A stretch of DNA of 64,000 bases from Acidobacteriota bacterium (GCA_965263035.1 OZ253580.1:3424001-3488000); one strand, 5' to 3'; shown: positions 40,709-51,942, counted from the first letter of the stretch. The notes: generated by a model from the sequence alone, not told the origin. Numbers and translations are program-made.

Positions 40709-40956
40709 TCCTCATCCAAGTGTGTCGCAACGTTCATGGGCTAGACTTCTTCCGGTCAGTCTATCTCAAGCCGCGCGGCCTGGCCTCGTTTTTGAACGGT
40801 GGGTTCGCCCAGTGCGGTCTGCATGAGGAAGAGGTCGGGAAGACATAAGAAGTAAACTGAAGGGCAGTGCATTTTCGTCATATACTTGCGACGCGGTGAG
40901 AGTTTCCGGCTAACCGGTTTGCGCGTCATCTTCAGGTTCGAAGGGAGAGTCAAGGC

Positions 40957-42396
40957 ATGTCGTCAACACTTTACGCGGGTGTCGCCCGCCGGGTGATCAA
41001 TCCCGAGATCGGCACGGCCATGGGAGGACTGAGACTGTTCGGGAGTCCGATCCAGGCCATCGAAAGCGACTTGACGGGAACCGTTCTGGTGCTGTCGAAC
41101 CAGACCACCAAGGTGGCCATCGCCGCTCTGGATCTTGCCGTGCTCTCCCCGGTCGAGGGCCTCGCCATGCGCGAGAGCATGGGAAACGCCATCGGTGTCC
41201 CCGCGACCAACGTCATGCTGAATCTGAGCCACAACCACAGCTCGCCCTGTCTGCCCGGTTGGGTTCCGGACACCGACGAGCAGACCCGGCTGAAGACTCG
41301 ATACCGGGACCACCTGAATGAGTGGCTCGTAGAGGCGGTGCAAGAGGCAGATTCCGGTCTCCAACCGGCGCGCATCGGCGCCGGCTGGGGGGAGAGCGAC
41401 ATCGGCATTTACCGGCGTGAGACCGGACCCGACGGCCGGGACGTCCTGGGGGAAGTGCCGGAGCACCCCATCGATCCGGCCGTGGGTGTGGTCCGGGTGG
41501 ACGACCTGGACGGCAACCCCATCGCGGTCCTGTTCAGCTATGGTTGCCATCCGGTCACGGTAGGACCACGTTCCATGGTGGCCTCGACCGACTTTCCCGG
41601 TCCGGCACGAGAGGTGTTGGAGACGTGCCTGGGTACGACGGCGGTCTTCCTGCAGGCGTGCGGGGGCAACATCAATCCCCGGCCCGGTATCGGTTACGAG
41701 GTGGATTGCCGGGACGTGAAGGAGCGTATCGGAAAGGCCTTGGGGGCAGAGGCTCTACGGGTCGCCGCCGGGATCCGGACCCACCTGGAGCCCGGAGATC
41801 GAATCCCGTTCGGCAACATTCCAAACATCCTGTTCAGGCCCTGGCTGCACCTGCAAGGGGACACCTGCAGCTACCTGGGGGCCGTTGAAGAGACCATCGG
41901 GCTCGAATACGGGACTCTTCCTTCCCGCGAGGACGCTCAGCGGGTCCGCGACCAATGGAGAGCCGAGCTGGAGCGGCGAAAAACCGGCAATGCCCAGCAG
42001 TGGGAGATTCGTGTCGCGGCCCGGTTTGCAGAGTGGTCCGAGAATCTGCTGGCGGCTGCCATAGCGGACAAACCGACGCTGGATTTGGAGGCGCAGGCCA
42101 TTCGGGTCAATGACATCGTCCTGGTGGGCATGAACATGGAGATCTTCTTCGAGACCGGACTGGCCATCAAGGCGCGGTCGCCCCTGAAGCACACTCTCCC
42201 GTTGGGGTACACCAACAGCTCCATCAGCTACCTGCCCCGAGAAGCGGACTATCCCGAGGGCGGATGGCAACTGGGTGAGACCTACCACGTGCCGGACCTG
42301 TTCTTCCAATCCTATACCGTGCCGGTCGCACCGCGGCCCGATGCCGAGGAGATCGTCGTCGAGAGAGTGTCGGCGCTGGTTCGGGAGCTGGTATAG
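40957..42396 (+). CDS. Neutral/alkaline ceramidase N-terminal-domain hydrolase
   Basis: SHNHSSP, YGCHPV, STDFPG, FLQACGGNINP, GYTN...YLP. Confidence 0.8.
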   Translation: MSSTLYAGVARRVINPEIGTAMGGLRLFGSPIQAIESDLTGTVLVLSNQTTKVAIAALDLAVLSPVEGLAMRESMGNAIGVPATNVMLNLSHNHSSPCLPGWVPDTDEQTRLKTRYRDHLNEWLVEAVQEADSGLQPARIGAGWGESDIGIYRRETGPDGRDVLGEVPEHPIDPAVGVVRVDDLDGNPIAVLFSYGCHPVTVGPRSMVASTDFPGPAREVLETCLGTTAVFLQACGGNINPRPGIGYEVDCRDVKERIGKALGAEALRVAAGIRTHLEPGDRIPFGNIPNILFRPWLHLQGDTCSYLGAVEETIGLEYGTLPSREDAQRVRDQWRAELERRKTGNAQQWEIRVAARFAEWSENLLAAAIADKPTLDLEAQAIRVNDIVLVGMNMEIFFETGLAIKARSPLKHTLPLGYTNSSISYLPREADYPEGGWQLGETYHVPDLFFQSYTVPVAPRPDAEEIVVERVSALVRELV

Positions 42397-42401
42397 CCGC
42401 C

Positions 42402-43229
42402 CTATCCTGAAGAGCTCAGGTAGTCCATCCGTCCCCCGTCGACGGTCAGAATCTGCCCGGTCACGAAGCGGGCCTCGGAGGAGGCGAGGAAGGCTACGGC
42501 GGCGGCGATGTCGGCCGGTTCACCGATCCGTCCCAGGACACTGCGTCCGGCGAACTCTTGAATGACCCGCTCCAATTCCTGGGGCGGGGTTAGCTGCACC
42601 AGGAGATCGGTTCGAACCAGACCGGGCGCCACGGAATTGACGTTGATGTTGTCGGGGCCGAGTTCCAGGGCGAAGCGTTTGGTCAGGTTCATGACGGCCG
42701 CTTTGGTCGCACTGTAAAAGGTCCTCAGTGGGGAGATGTTGCCAAAGCCGGCGATGGAGGCGATGTTGACGATGGAGCCGGAGCGCCGTTTCCGCATCTG
42801 CGGCAGGACCGCCCGGGTGCAGTTGATGATTCCCCGGACGTTGACCCCCCACATGGCATCCAGATCCCGTTCCAGGTCCGCGTCGGAGGCAAACGACGTC
42901 AGGTCCCCGTCGAGCACGATGGCTGCGTTGTTGACCAGAACGTCGATGCGGGAAAATTTCTCCAAGATCCGGTCGACCATGGCATGGACCGCTGAGCGAT
43001 CGGAGACGTCCGCTTGCACTGCCTCGGCCTCCGTTCCCAATTGGTTCACTTGCTCGACGGTCTCGGCGGCGGCCGGCTCGTTGCTCACGAAGTTGACCCC
43101 GATCCGGGCTCCTTCCCGAGCCAGGCGCAGGGACACGGCCCGGCCGATCCCCCGGGACCCGCCGGTGACGAGGGCCACCTTGCCCCGAAATCTTTGACCT
43201 GGATTTCCGCCGTTCGTCCGTGCCGCCAT
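42402..43229 (-). CDS. SDR family oxidoreductase (FabG-like)
   Basis: TGGSRGIG, LVNNAA, YSATK, VNSVAPG, VDGG; start ATG43229 with GAGAGG RBS. Confidence 0.92.
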   Translation of the reverse strand: MAARTNGGNPGQRFRGKVALVTGGSRGIGRAVSLRLAREGARIGVNFVSNEPAAAETVEQVNQLGTEAEAVQADVSDRSAVHAMVDRILEKFSRIDVLVNNAAIVLDGDLTSFASDADLERDLDAMWGVNVRGIINCTRAVLPQMRKRRSGSIVNIASIAGFGNISPLRTFYSATKAAVMNLTKRFALELGPDNINVNSVAPGLVRTDLLVQLTPPQELERVIQEFAGRSVLGRIGEPADIAAAVAFLASSEARFVTGQILTVDGGRMDYLSSSG

Positions 43230-43294
43230 CGAACCTCTCACATGTAGCCTATCAGTCCACCTTGCCGCCATCAAAATCAGGTCAAATCTCTGCC

Positions 43295-43382
43295 GTAGGG
43301 GCGACCCTTGTGTGGTCGCCCTCCCCGGGCCGATTAGTAACGTGCGACAGCGGGCACCCACACACACAAGGGGTGCCCCTAC
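43295..43382. repeat. REPIN-like inverted REP doublet (GTAG family), copy 2
   Basis: GTAGGGGCGACCCTTGTGTGGTCGCCC ... GGGCACCCACACACACAAGGGGTGCCCCTAC. Confidence 0.85.
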
Positions 43383-43585
43383 GTCGCGATCCTCGTTCAA
43401 TCCTGCTTCCCCGGTTCTCCCGAACACTCGGAAATATGGGGAAGGTCCAGATTGAGAGCATATTTCGCCGCGATGGTCTAAAATGACTTCTGTCCGATTC
43501 GCTCTCCGCCCCGGAGAGAGTGGCCACTTTCCAACGCCGGCAATCCGGATCGCGGGGAGTCTCAAAGTCATAGGGAGACAGTCTT

Positions 43586-45901
43586 TTGTCCTCTGTCAGA
43601 CATCGACTCGGAGTTCTGACCCTTCTGGCGGTGCTGGTCGCCGGGATCGGCTACGGCAATGACAAGGGCGTTCGCCTTCCCCACCTGGAAGCCATGCGTC
43701 CCATTGGGGGGCAGGCCGGCGCCCAGGTCGAGGTCGCACTTCTGGGGGACATGCTCTCCAACGCCGAATCGGTCGAGTTCGATTGCGACGACCTCGACTT
43801 CACCTTGACCAAGGCAACGGCGGAACGAATCGAGGGAACGATCCGAATCTCGAAGCATGCCCCCCTGGGACAACACATCTTGAGGGCCAAGACCAAGGAC
43901 GGCTACACCACCGCCCTCTGGTTCACGGTGGGGCAATTCGAACCGGTTCCCGAACAGGAGCCCAACGAGACCCTCGCCGGCGCTCAGGCCATCTCTCCAC
44001 CCTGTGAGATCTACGGGACCATGGAGAAGAAAGAGCGCGATTTCTATGCTCTCAAGGCGAAGAAGGGGGACCGTTGGATCTTCGAAGTTCGGAGCATCCA
44101 GTTCGGATCCATGTTCGAAAGCTATCTCAATCTGCGAGACGAAACCGGGAGAGAATTGGTCTTCAACGACGATCGCGCCGATTTCGATGTGAACTCGCTG
44201 ATCGATCACACGTTCGAGAAAGACGGCACCCATTTCATCGAGGTCGATTCTTTCCGGGGCGTTCGGGGGTGGGGTTTTACCAAGAACAACGGATACGTCC
44301 TGCGTGTCTCCCGGGTCCCCCTGATCGACCACGTCTCGCCTCTGGGAGGCCGCGCGGGCAGCCGGGTCACCGTCCGGTTTTCGGGTCGGGGCTTGCAGCA
44401 GGTGGAACAGGTCTACTTGTCACCCACGCGCCGGGGGGAGCATGTCACCCTGACGATTCCTTGGACCATGGACGTCCGATTTGCCGACGATTATTCCACC
44501 GCGTCGGCCATCCCCAGGGTGGAGGGGAACATTCTGCGTCGAGCATCTGAGGCTATGGAAGTCGAGTTCGACCTGCCGGAGGAACCACTGGGCATCTGGT
44601 CGCTCTTTGTGAAGGACACGAATGGGATCGCGGATCCCAAGTATTTCGAGGTCACACAGTCAGAGGAGATCGCGGAAACCGAATCCAATGACCGGCGCGA
44701 CGAACCGCAGGAATTGCCTTTTTCGGCCGGCAAGAACTTGGTGGTCAACGGCAGGCTTGAGCGGCGAGAGGTTACGGAGCTGAGTCAGGACAAGGATTTC
44801 TATGCCCTCGACGCCAAGAAGGGCGTGTCGCTACGGATTCACACCAACGCCTACCAGCTCCTGTCGCCCAGTATCGACACCGTCGTCAGCCTGTTCGATA
44901 CGGACGGAAAACTGTTGGCGGAGAGTGACGATCTGACGCACGGTCGTGGGTTCTACACGGGAAGTGTCGACAGCAACCTGTATTACATCCCCGAACGGGA
45001 TCAAAAGCTCGTCATCTCCGTATCGGACCGGGTCGGCCGAGGCGGTCCCGGGTATGACTACCGTCTCCATGTCAAGTCGGAGGAGCCGGGGTTTCTCCTC
45101 ATCGTCTCCCCGCAGTTCGGACTACAATCGATCTCCCTGTCCAACTTCACCGTGGAGCAGGGGGGAGAGAGCAACATGGTGGTGGGCATGATCCGGATGC
45201 CCCCCAAGATTCATTCCGACGATCCAGTTCCCGCCGCCCTGGCCCCGCCTCCCGGGGCCGTTATGGAAGGGGAGGTTCGGGTCTGGGTCGAGGGGCTTCC
45301 GCCGGGGGTGACCGCCGAGGAGCATCGGTTTCGCGCCGATGAGATCGTCGAGCCGGGCGGGGATGGAGCCACCTTCATGGTGCCGGAACGGCTGCTCACG
45401 ATTCGCGCCGGTGACGCGGTGCCGCCTGGAACTTACCCCTTTCGTGTTTTGGGCGAAGTCGTTGGAAATGAAGGGGTCACCGCAGTCGGCAGAGCCATGG
45501 ACTCCATGGGCGGCATCACCGAGCTGTACAATTTTCCGGGCCGGCCCGTCGCCGAAACGGCTCTCACCGTCATCGAGCCGGGTGCGGTGACCGTTGAACT
45601 GGATGCGAAAGAGGACAAAGTCGTGGTGATGCAGGGGGAGACCTCCCTGGTCGGGATCAAGAACCGGCTACCCGTCGGGGCGGGCGATAAACCGAGCGTC
45701 TGGCTGACGAACGCCCCTGAAGGTGTTTCGGCGCATCTGGATTCGGACCCGGAGGGGAACCTGCTCGTGGGCTTCCGGGCGGCGGAGGAGACGGGGATCG
45801 AGTCCACCGAGAATGTCTACGTTGAGTTCGACGTCGGCAGGCGAGTCGTCTCGAGCCACCGCTTTACCGTCCAGGTCGTTGCGAGGGAGCATATGCCGTG
45901 A
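43586..45901 (+). CDS. Exported PPC (pre-peptidase C-terminal) domain protein
   Basis: PIGGQAG, EQEPNET..AQ, ETESND, DFY, GRGGPGYDYRL; signal peptide. Confidence 0.85.
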   Translation: MSSVRHRLGVLTLLAVLVAGIGYGNDKGVRLPHLEAMRPIGGQAGAQVEVALLGDMLSNAESVEFDCDDLDFTLTKATAERIEGTIRISKHAPLGQHILRAKTKDGYTTALWFTVGQFEPVPEQEPNETLAGAQAISPPCEIYGTMEKKERDFYALKAKKGDRWIFEVRSIQFGSMFESYLNLRDETGRELVFNDDRADFDVNSLIDHTFEKDGTHFIEVDSFRGVRGWGFTKNNGYVLRVSRVPLIDHVSPLGGRAGSRVTVRFSGRGLQQVEQVYLSPTRRGEHVTLTIPWTMDVRFADDYSTASAIPRVEGNILRRASEAMEVEFDLPEEPLGIWSLFVKDTNGIADPKYFEVTQSEEIAETESNDRRDEPQELPFSAGKNLVVNGRLERREVTELSQDKDFYALDAKKGVSLRIHTNAYQLLSPSIDTVVSLFDTDGKLLAESDDLTHGRGFYTGSVDSNLYYIPERDQKLVISVSDRVGRGGPGYDYRLHVKSEEPGFLLIVSPQFGLQSISLSNFTVEQGGESNMVVGMIRMPPKIHSDDPVPAALAPPPGAVMEGEVRVWVEGLPPGVTAEEHRFRADEIVEPGGDGATFMVPERLLTIRAGDAVPPGTYPFRVLGEVVGNEGVTAVGRAMDSMGGITELYNFPGRPVAETALTVIEPGAVTVELDAKEDKVVVMQGETSLVGIKNRLPVGAGDKPSVWLTNAPEGVSAHLDSDPEGNLLVGFRAAEETGIESTENVYVEFDVGRRVVSSHRFTVQVVAREHMP

Positions 45902-48543
45902 CCCTCAAACTCCGAACCGCCAAGATGACAGCCGTCTCCGGATCCGGCCCGAGACCCAGGCACACACGGGGGATCCTGAGGATCACAGCAACGGCCCTGG
46001 CCGTTTTCTGCCTGATCGGTTTTCCGGGTCGCACGGTGGCCTTGCCGGGGGCTGCGTCAGAGAATCGGGGAGAAACGGCGAAGCCGGATACGGCAACAAC
46101 GGACGCCCGTCAAGCCGCCGAGTCGGCCACGAGCGTACTGACCGACCCGACAGCCGATCTTCGGCGAATCGTCCTGGAGCCGGCGGAACTCGTTCTGGCC
46201 CATCCCGGCGCGACCCAGCGATTGGTGGTCACGGGTTACTACGCCGACGGGACTTCCCACGACGTGAGCCTCTTCTGCCGCTATGTCTCATCCTCTCCTC
46301 AAGTCGTCTCGGTCAGTTCCGATGGCGTGCTCCGGGCTCTGACGCCGGGACGCGCCGAAGTCGAAGCCTGGCTGGGGAAGGCTCGCTCCGGCCTCCAGGC
46401 ACGCGTCTCCGATCAGGCCACCGAGGTGAGCATCAACTTCAGCCAGGACCTGCTGTCCATCTTTACTCAAAGGTCCTGCAACACTCCCACGTGCCACGGC
46501 GCAATCACCGGCCAGGCCGGCTTCAAGCTCTCGCTGTTCGGTTACGATCCCCAAGCCGATTACGGGATGATCGTCGAAGCGGACGACGGCCGCCGGGTCG
46601 ATCTGGAACACCCGGAAAAGAGCCTGCTTCTGATGAAGCCGACATTCAGCGTGCCCCACGGTGGTGGCAAACGGCTGACCCTGGACTCGGCCGAATATGG
46701 CACGATCGCCACTTGGCTGAAGCAGGGAGGCCGTTACAACTCGGACGGACCTCGTGTGACCGACATCGCCATCTATCCCCGGGAGCGGATCCTGCTCGGT
46801 TTGGGGACCACCCAGCGCTGGGTGGTATTGGGGCGCCTGTCCGACGGGACCACGCGGGACATGACCGGGGAAGTCAAGTATCAGGTGGGAGACGACAACG
46901 TCGTCCAGGTGACGCCGGAGGGGGAGTCGAAGGCGGTCGGGCGCGGACAGACTCACGTGATGGTCCGGGCCATGGGCCGGGTCGCAGTGGCCAGGGTTGG
47001 CGTTTTGGATGAGCCCCCCATGGCGGACTATCCTCCCCTGTCGGCTCACAACTTCGTCGATGAGGCCATGATCCGGCAGTGGAAAGAGCTGAATCTGGTC
47101 CCGTCGGAGATCTGCAGCGACGAGGAGTTTCTGAGGCGGGTCTATCTGGATGTAATCGGGTTGCTGCCGACGGTCGAGGAGAGTGAGCGCTTCCTGGCGG
47201 ATACCCGGGCCGACAAGAGGACGGCCCTGATCGACGAACTGTTGGAGCGGGACGAGTACGCCATCTACTGGACGACCAAGCTCGGAGACAGTTTCCGCGT
47301 CCACCAGACAAACATTCCCAGTCGCGCGCAGGGATTATTCAAGAGATTCATCCGGACCTTTCTCAGGGAAGACCGCCCCTACGATGAGTTCGTTCAGGAG
47401 ATACTGACCAGCACCGGAGACCAGACCAGGAATCCTGCAGCCATGTTCTGGTCCCCCATGTCCAACACCGTTCTGGACATCACCAATGTCAATCAGGTGA
47501 CGACCACGGTCAGCCGCCTCTTCCTCGGTATCCGGATGGAGTGCGTGGAATGCCACAATCATCCCCTGGAGAATCTGACCCAGGACGACTTCTTCGACTT
47601 GAGTGCGTTTTTCGGACAGTTGCGTCAGAAACGGGGATACGAGACCTACCGCCGAGTCTGGTGGCTGGACCCGAAGTCCCATTTTGTGCACCCGCGGACC
47701 AAAAAGCCGGTGCAGCCCAGAGTCCCCTTCGACCCCGATTTTCCCGTGAGGGCCAACGGGGACCACCGTAAGGACTTGGCGGCGTGGATCACCTCACCCG
47801 AGAATCCCTTTTTCGCCCGGTCCATCGTCAACCGCATCTGGAGGGAGTATTTCAACCTGGGAATCGTGGAGCCCTACGACGATTTCCGAACCACCAACCC
47901 TCCCTCCAACGAGGCCCTGCTGGACGGATTGGCCAGGCATCTGATCGACAATGGATTCCGTCTGAAGCCGGTGCACCGGGCAATCCTCAACTCCACCACC
48001 TACCAGCGGACGTCCTCGCCCAATCCCCTGAACAAGGTGGATGACCCTCACTTGTTCACCCGCTACAACATTCGGATTCTTCCCGCCGAGGCCATGCTTG
48101 ATGCCTTGTCGCAAGTCGCCGGAGTCGAACACTCTTTCCAAGTCAGTCCCAAGGGAACCCGGGCCCAGGAGGTCATCTACTCCGACTACGCGGGTTATTT
48201 CCTGAGTATTTTCGGTTACCCGGAACGCTTGAGCTTGGAGGAGCGGCCCAAGGAACCCACGCTGAGCCAGGCCCTCCACATGAGATTCGGCGACACGGTG
48301 ATGGACAAGGTCCAATCGGATGAGAATGTAGTGGCCAAGTTGCTCGAGTCCGGCAAATCCGATCGCGAGATCTACGATCATGTCTTCATGAGCGCCTACA
48401 GCCGCAGGGCGACGGATCACGAGTGGGATCTCGCCTCCAACTACCTCGCCAGCATGGATTCGCAGGGCGTGGAACGGAAGCAGATTCTTGATGACCTGCT
48501 TTGGACCGTGATAAACTCCCAAGAATTCCTAGTCAATCATTAG
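45898..48543 (+). CDS. DUF1549/DUF1553 (PSCyt2/PSD1) protein with Ig-like (Big_2) domains
   Basis: CNTPTCHG, FKLSLFGYDP, FLRRVYLD, FLGIRMECVECHNHP, NPFFARSIVNRIW, QALHM; GTGA overlap with the upstream gene. Confidence 0.92.
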   Translation: MTLKLRTAKMTAVSGSGPRPRHTRGILRITATALAVFCLIGFPGRTVALPGAASENRGETAKPDTATTDARQAAESATSVLTDPTADLRRIVLEPAELVLAHPGATQRLVVTGYYADGTSHDVSLFCRYVSSSPQVVSVSSDGVLRALTPGRAEVEAWLGKARSGLQARVSDQATEVSINFSQDLLSIFTQRSCNTPTCHGAITGQAGFKLSLFGYDPQADYGMIVEADDGRRVDLEHPEKSLLLMKPTFSVPHGGGKRLTLDSAEYGTIATWLKQGGRYNSDGPRVTDIAIYPRERILLGLGTTQRWVVLGRLSDGTTRDMTGEVKYQVGDDNVVQVTPEGESKAVGRGQTHVMVRAMGRVAVARVGVLDEPPMADYPPLSAHNFVDEAMIRQWKELNLVPSEICSDEEFLRRVYLDVIGLLPTVEESERFLADTRADKRTALIDELLERDEYAIYWTTKLGDSFRVHQTNIPSRAQGLFKRFIRTFLREDRPYDEFVQEILTSTGDQTRNPAAMFWSPMSNTVLDITNVNQVTTTVSRLFLGIRMECVECHNHPLENLTQDDFFDLSAFFGQLRQKRGYETYRRVWWLDPKSHFVHPRTKKPVQPRVPFDPDFPVRANGDHRKDLAAWITSPENPFFARSIVNRIWREYFNLGIVEPYDDFRTTNPPSNEALLDGLARHLIDNGFRLKPVHRAILNSTTYQRTSSPNPLNKVDDPHLFTRYNIRILPAEAMLDALSQVAGVEHSFQVSPKGTRAQEVIYSDYAGYFLSIFGYPERLSLEERPKEPTLSQALHMRFGDTVMDKVQSDENVVAKLLESGKSDREIYDHVFMSAYSRRATDHEWDLASNYLASMDSQGVERKQILDDLLWTVINSQEFLVNH

Positions 48544-48557
48544 GGATACAGCACGCC

Positions 48558-49847
48558 ATGAGAATCTATCCTGCAGAGTTGTCCTGTAGTCCGTCCCGAA
48601 GGGACTTCATCCGCATCGGCATGGCGAGTCTGGGAGGCTTGAGTCTCGCCAGCCTGCTGCGGCAGCAGAGCGCATTGGGATCGAACAAGAGAGATCTCAA
48701 CTGCATCGTGCTGTTCCAAGCGGGCGGCAACAGTCAGGTCGACACCTGGGATCCCAAGCCGGACGCCGAGGCGGAGATTCGAGGCTATTTCAAGGCGATT
48801 CCGACCGTGATCCCGGGGATCCATTTCTCCGAGTTGTTGCCCGAGTCGGCGAAGCGGCTCGACAAGTACGCGGTGATCCGGTCCATGTACTCGGACGATG
48901 CGGTCCACGAGAGCGCCCAGCAATACGTGATCAGCGGCACCAAGCGTAGAAATGACTTGGTTCATCCCGCTCTGGGTTCGGTCCTGGCCCATGAGTGGGG
49001 CTCCTCGGCAGGCCTTCCACCCTATGTCGCCATTCCCAAGAACAGCCGTTCCGGTGGAGCCGGTTTTCTGGGTTCGGTCTATGATCCCTTCCAATCCGGA
49101 GATCCCAACCAGAAGAACTACTCGGTCAAGGACCTGACTCTGCCGCTGGGAATGAAGCTGGATCAGGCCCGGGCCCGATCGGAGCTGCTGAACGCTTTGG
49201 ACAACCGTTTCCGCAAGGTGGAGAGTTCCGGTCTGTTGGATCGGATGGATCAGTTCTCCCAGAAAGCCCACGACCTGGTGAGTTCGCCCGCCGCCAAGAA
49301 GGCCTTCAACATCTCCGAGGAGAGCGAGAAACTGAGGGACGCATACGGGCACACCACGGTGGGACAGGGAGCCCTGCTGGCGCGCCGGCTGATCGAATCC
49401 GGCGTTCGTGTGGCGACGGTCTTCCACGGCGGCTACGACACGCACTTCGACAACAAACCCGGGATGGAGAAGGTCAACATTCCGTTCGACCAGGCCTTCG
49501 GCGCGCTCTTGGACGATCTTGAGAATCGCGGCCTTTTGGAGACGACGCTGGTCCTGGTCCTCTCGGAGTTCGGACGGACGCCGCGCATCAACAACCAGGC
49601 AGGACGGGATCATTGGCCACGATCGTTTTCCGTGGCTCTGGCTGGAGCCGGAATCAGCGGAGGAGTGGTCTTGGGCAGCACCACACCGACCGGTTCCGAT
49701 CCCCACGACAGGCCGGTGTCGGTGGAAGATCTGATGGTTACGGTCTACCGTATCCTGGGAATCGACCCGGAAGGGGAGTTCCACGCGGGCGGGCGCCCCG
49801 TCAAGATCGCCACCAACGGCAAGTTCGTCCACGAGTTGTTCTCGTAA
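48558..49847 (+). CDS. DUF1501 domain protein (Tat signal)
   Basis: SRRDFIR, GGNSQVDTWDPKP, LLARRLIESGV, YDTH, EFGRTPRIN..GRDHW. Confidence 0.93.
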   Translation: MRIYPAELSCSPSRRDFIRIGMASLGGLSLASLLRQQSALGSNKRDLNCIVLFQAGGNSQVDTWDPKPDAEAEIRGYFKAIPTVIPGIHFSELLPESAKRLDKYAVIRSMYSDDAVHESAQQYVISGTKRRNDLVHPALGSVLAHEWGSSAGLPPYVAIPKNSRSGGAGFLGSVYDPFQSGDPNQKNYSVKDLTLPLGMKLDQARARSELLNALDNRFRKVESSGLLDRMDQFSQKAHDLVSSPAAKKAFNISEESEKLRDAYGHTTVGQGALLARRLIESGVRVATVFHGGYDTHFDNKPGMEKVNIPFDQAFGALLDDLENRGLLETTLVLVLSEFGRTPRINNQAGRDHWPRSFSVALAGAGISGGVVLGSTTPTGSDPHDRPVSVEDLMVTVYRILGIDPEGEFHAGGRPVKIATNGKFVHELFS

Positions 49848-49867
49848 ACCCGGGTTTTCCAATGAAC

Positions 49868-49941
49868 AGGAGCGGCGGCTTTCTTGCCGCCGATCTTACG
49901 ACCAAGCATCGGACAATAGGAGACTGGCAAGTCTTCCCTCC
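49868..49941. repeat. GGAG-type REP-like doublet
   Basis: AGGAGCGGCGGCTTTCTTGCCGCCG ... GGAGACTGGCAAGTCTTCCCTCC. Confidence 0.65.
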
Positions 49942-49971
49942 AGGTCACCCCTCCGATTCGCGTCTCTCAGG

Positions 49972-51942
49972 GTGCAGGCCACGCCGTCCCGCAGATGCGG
50001 CGGACGCGTCAGGATTGCCGTGAATCTCCACTCTTCGGCTTGGAATTCGGGTTTTCTCACCAAAACACTTTCCTCGATCGCCCTGCTCTTGCTGAGTCCC
50101 GCCGGGAAGGCTCTCGCCCAGGATGAGAGCGCCGTGGCCGCAGGCGCTCCCCGGGCGCCGGTGCGTGACGAAATGATGCGTCCCATCACGGCGGGCGGTT
50201 TCGTCGACGGAGCACCCGTGGTCTTCTCCGACGCCACAGCCCGGAGCGGGCTGGACGGTTTCCGCCATAGCGCCGGATCGCAGGTGAAGCGGTTCCTGAT
50301 GGAGGTCCCGTCGGGTGGCGTGGCTCTTTTCGACTACGATCGGGACGGTTGGATAGACATCTACTTGGTCAACGGTTCCAACTTCGAGGCTCTCCGAGGC
50401 CAGCAGGAACATCCGAGGGCGGCCCTCTATCGCAACAACGGGGACGGCACCTTCACCGACACCACGGCGGTGGCGGGAGTGGCCAACCAGGGTTGGGGAT
50501 TCGGCGTCGCCGTCGGAGACTACGACAACGACGGCTGGCCCGATCTCCATGTCACCAACTTCGGCAAGGATCGGCTCTATCGCAACAACGGCGACGGGAG
50601 CTTCAGCGACATCACGGACCGGGCCGGGATCTCGATTCCGGGATGGTCGACGGCGGCGTCCTTCGGAGACTTCGATCGGGACGGAGACCTGGACCTCTTC
50701 GTCTGCGGATACCTGGAATTTCCGCCATGCTCTGAATCGACTTCCAACCCGCCGGAGGAATGTCTACGGGACCGGAAAGCGGAAATGGGGACGGCTCCGG
50801 AGATTCGGCTCTCGGAGGAGGCATTGGCCCGGTCCTTCGCCATGATTCCCAAACACGCCTGCAGCTTCCGCGGGAAACAGGTCCTTTGCGGTCCCCTGGG
50901 CCTCATCGGAATCCGCGACTTCCTCTTCCGCAACAACGGGGACGGTACTTTCACCGACGTCGCGGCCGACGCGGGCGTCGACGATCCGAACCGGTACTAC
51001 GGGTTCGCCAGCACCTTCGTGGACGTGGACGGAGACCGTTGGGTGGACCTGGTGGTGGCCAACGACTCCAAGCCCAACTACCTCTACCGGAACCGGGGGG
51101 ACGGGACCTTCGAGGACATGAGCTATCCGTCCGGTTTCGCGTTCAACCAATTTGCGAAGGCCCAAGCCGGAATGGGATTGGCAGTGGGTGACTACGACAA
51201 CGACGGGCAGGTCGACTTCTACGTGACCAATTTCTCCGACGATCACAACACCCTGTACAAGAACGAGGGAGACAATTTTTTCCTGGACGTGACTTTTCAA
51301 GTCGGATTGGGGGAAGCCACCATCCCCTTTCTGGGGTGGGGGACCGGTTTCCTGGACTTTGACAACGACGGCTGGAAGGACCTGTTCGTGGCCAACGGAC
51401 ACATTTATGCGGCCGTGGACTCCTACGATTGGGGGACGACCTATTCTCAGCGGCCGCTGCTTTTCCGGAACATCGGGGGAGAACGCTTCCAGGCCGTCCC
51501 GCCCGCCACGGGGAGCGGTCTGGCCGCCGTCGTGTCCGCCCGCGGAGCCGCCTTCGGGGACCTGGACAACGACGGGCGCGTCGACGTGGTGCTCAACTGC
51601 GCCGACGGTCCGCCAGTGGTCCTGAAAAACGAGGCCTCGACGCCGGAGCATCACTGGTTGTCCCTGCGGCTGGTGGGTGGGGAGAAGAGTCCCCGCGACG
51701 CCATCGGGGCCACCGTCTTCGTGACCGCCGCCGGCCGGCGGCAGCGGGGAGACGTCATCAGCGGAGCCAGCTATTCCTCTCACTCCGACTTCCGGCTGCA
51801 CTTCGGCCTGGGTCGAGCCGAAAGGGTCGAGTCGGTGGAAATCCACTGGCCCAGTGGCCGAAGACAGACCCTGTCCGATCTGCCCGTGGACCAGATACTC
51901 ACGATCCGGGAGGGACAGGAACCGGCCGGTCCGGACAGTTGA
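49972..51942 (+). CDS. CRTAC1 family protein (FG-GAP + ASPIC/UnbV); start uncertain
   Basis: [56 protein letters not shown]50020 is a possible start. Confidence 0.9.
   Translation: MQATPSRRCGGRVRIAVNLHSSAWNSGFLTKTLSSIALLLLSPAGKALAQDESAVAAGAPRAPVRDEMMRPITAGGFVDGAPVVFSDATARSGLDGFRHSAGSQVKRFLMEVPSGGVALFDYDRDGWIDIYLVNGSNFEALRGQQEHPRAALYRNNGDGTFTDTTAVAGVANQGWGFGVAVGDYDNDGWPDLHVTNFGKDRLYRNNGDGSFSDITDRAGISIPGWSTAASFGDFDRDGDLDLFVCGYLEFPPCSESTSNPPEECLRDRKAEMGTAPEIRLSEEALARSFAMIPKHACSFRGKQVLCGPLGLIGIRDFLFRNNGDGTFTDVAADAGVDDPNRYYGFASTFVDVDGDRWVDLVVANDSKPNYLYRNRGDGTFEDMSYPSGFAFNQFAKAQAGMGLAVGDYDNDGQVDFYVTNFSDDHNTLYKNEGDNFFLDVTFQVGLGEATIPFLGWGTGFLDFDNDGWKDLFVANGHIYAAVDSYDWGTTYSQRPLLFRNIGGERFQAVPPATGSGLAAVVSARGAAFGDLDNDGRVDVVLNCADGPPVVLKNEASTPEHHWLSLRLVGGEKSPRDAIGATVFVTAAGRRQRGDVISGASYSSHSDFRLHFGLGRAERVESVEIHWPSGRRQTLSDLPVDQILTIREGQEPAGPDS

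Noticed and set aside
43230-43571. N-terminal extensions in the ORF track (also 4418-4921, 37627-37803, 51429-51965)
   Set aside because: They run through REP elements or overlap neighbouring genes; better-supported starts lie downstream.
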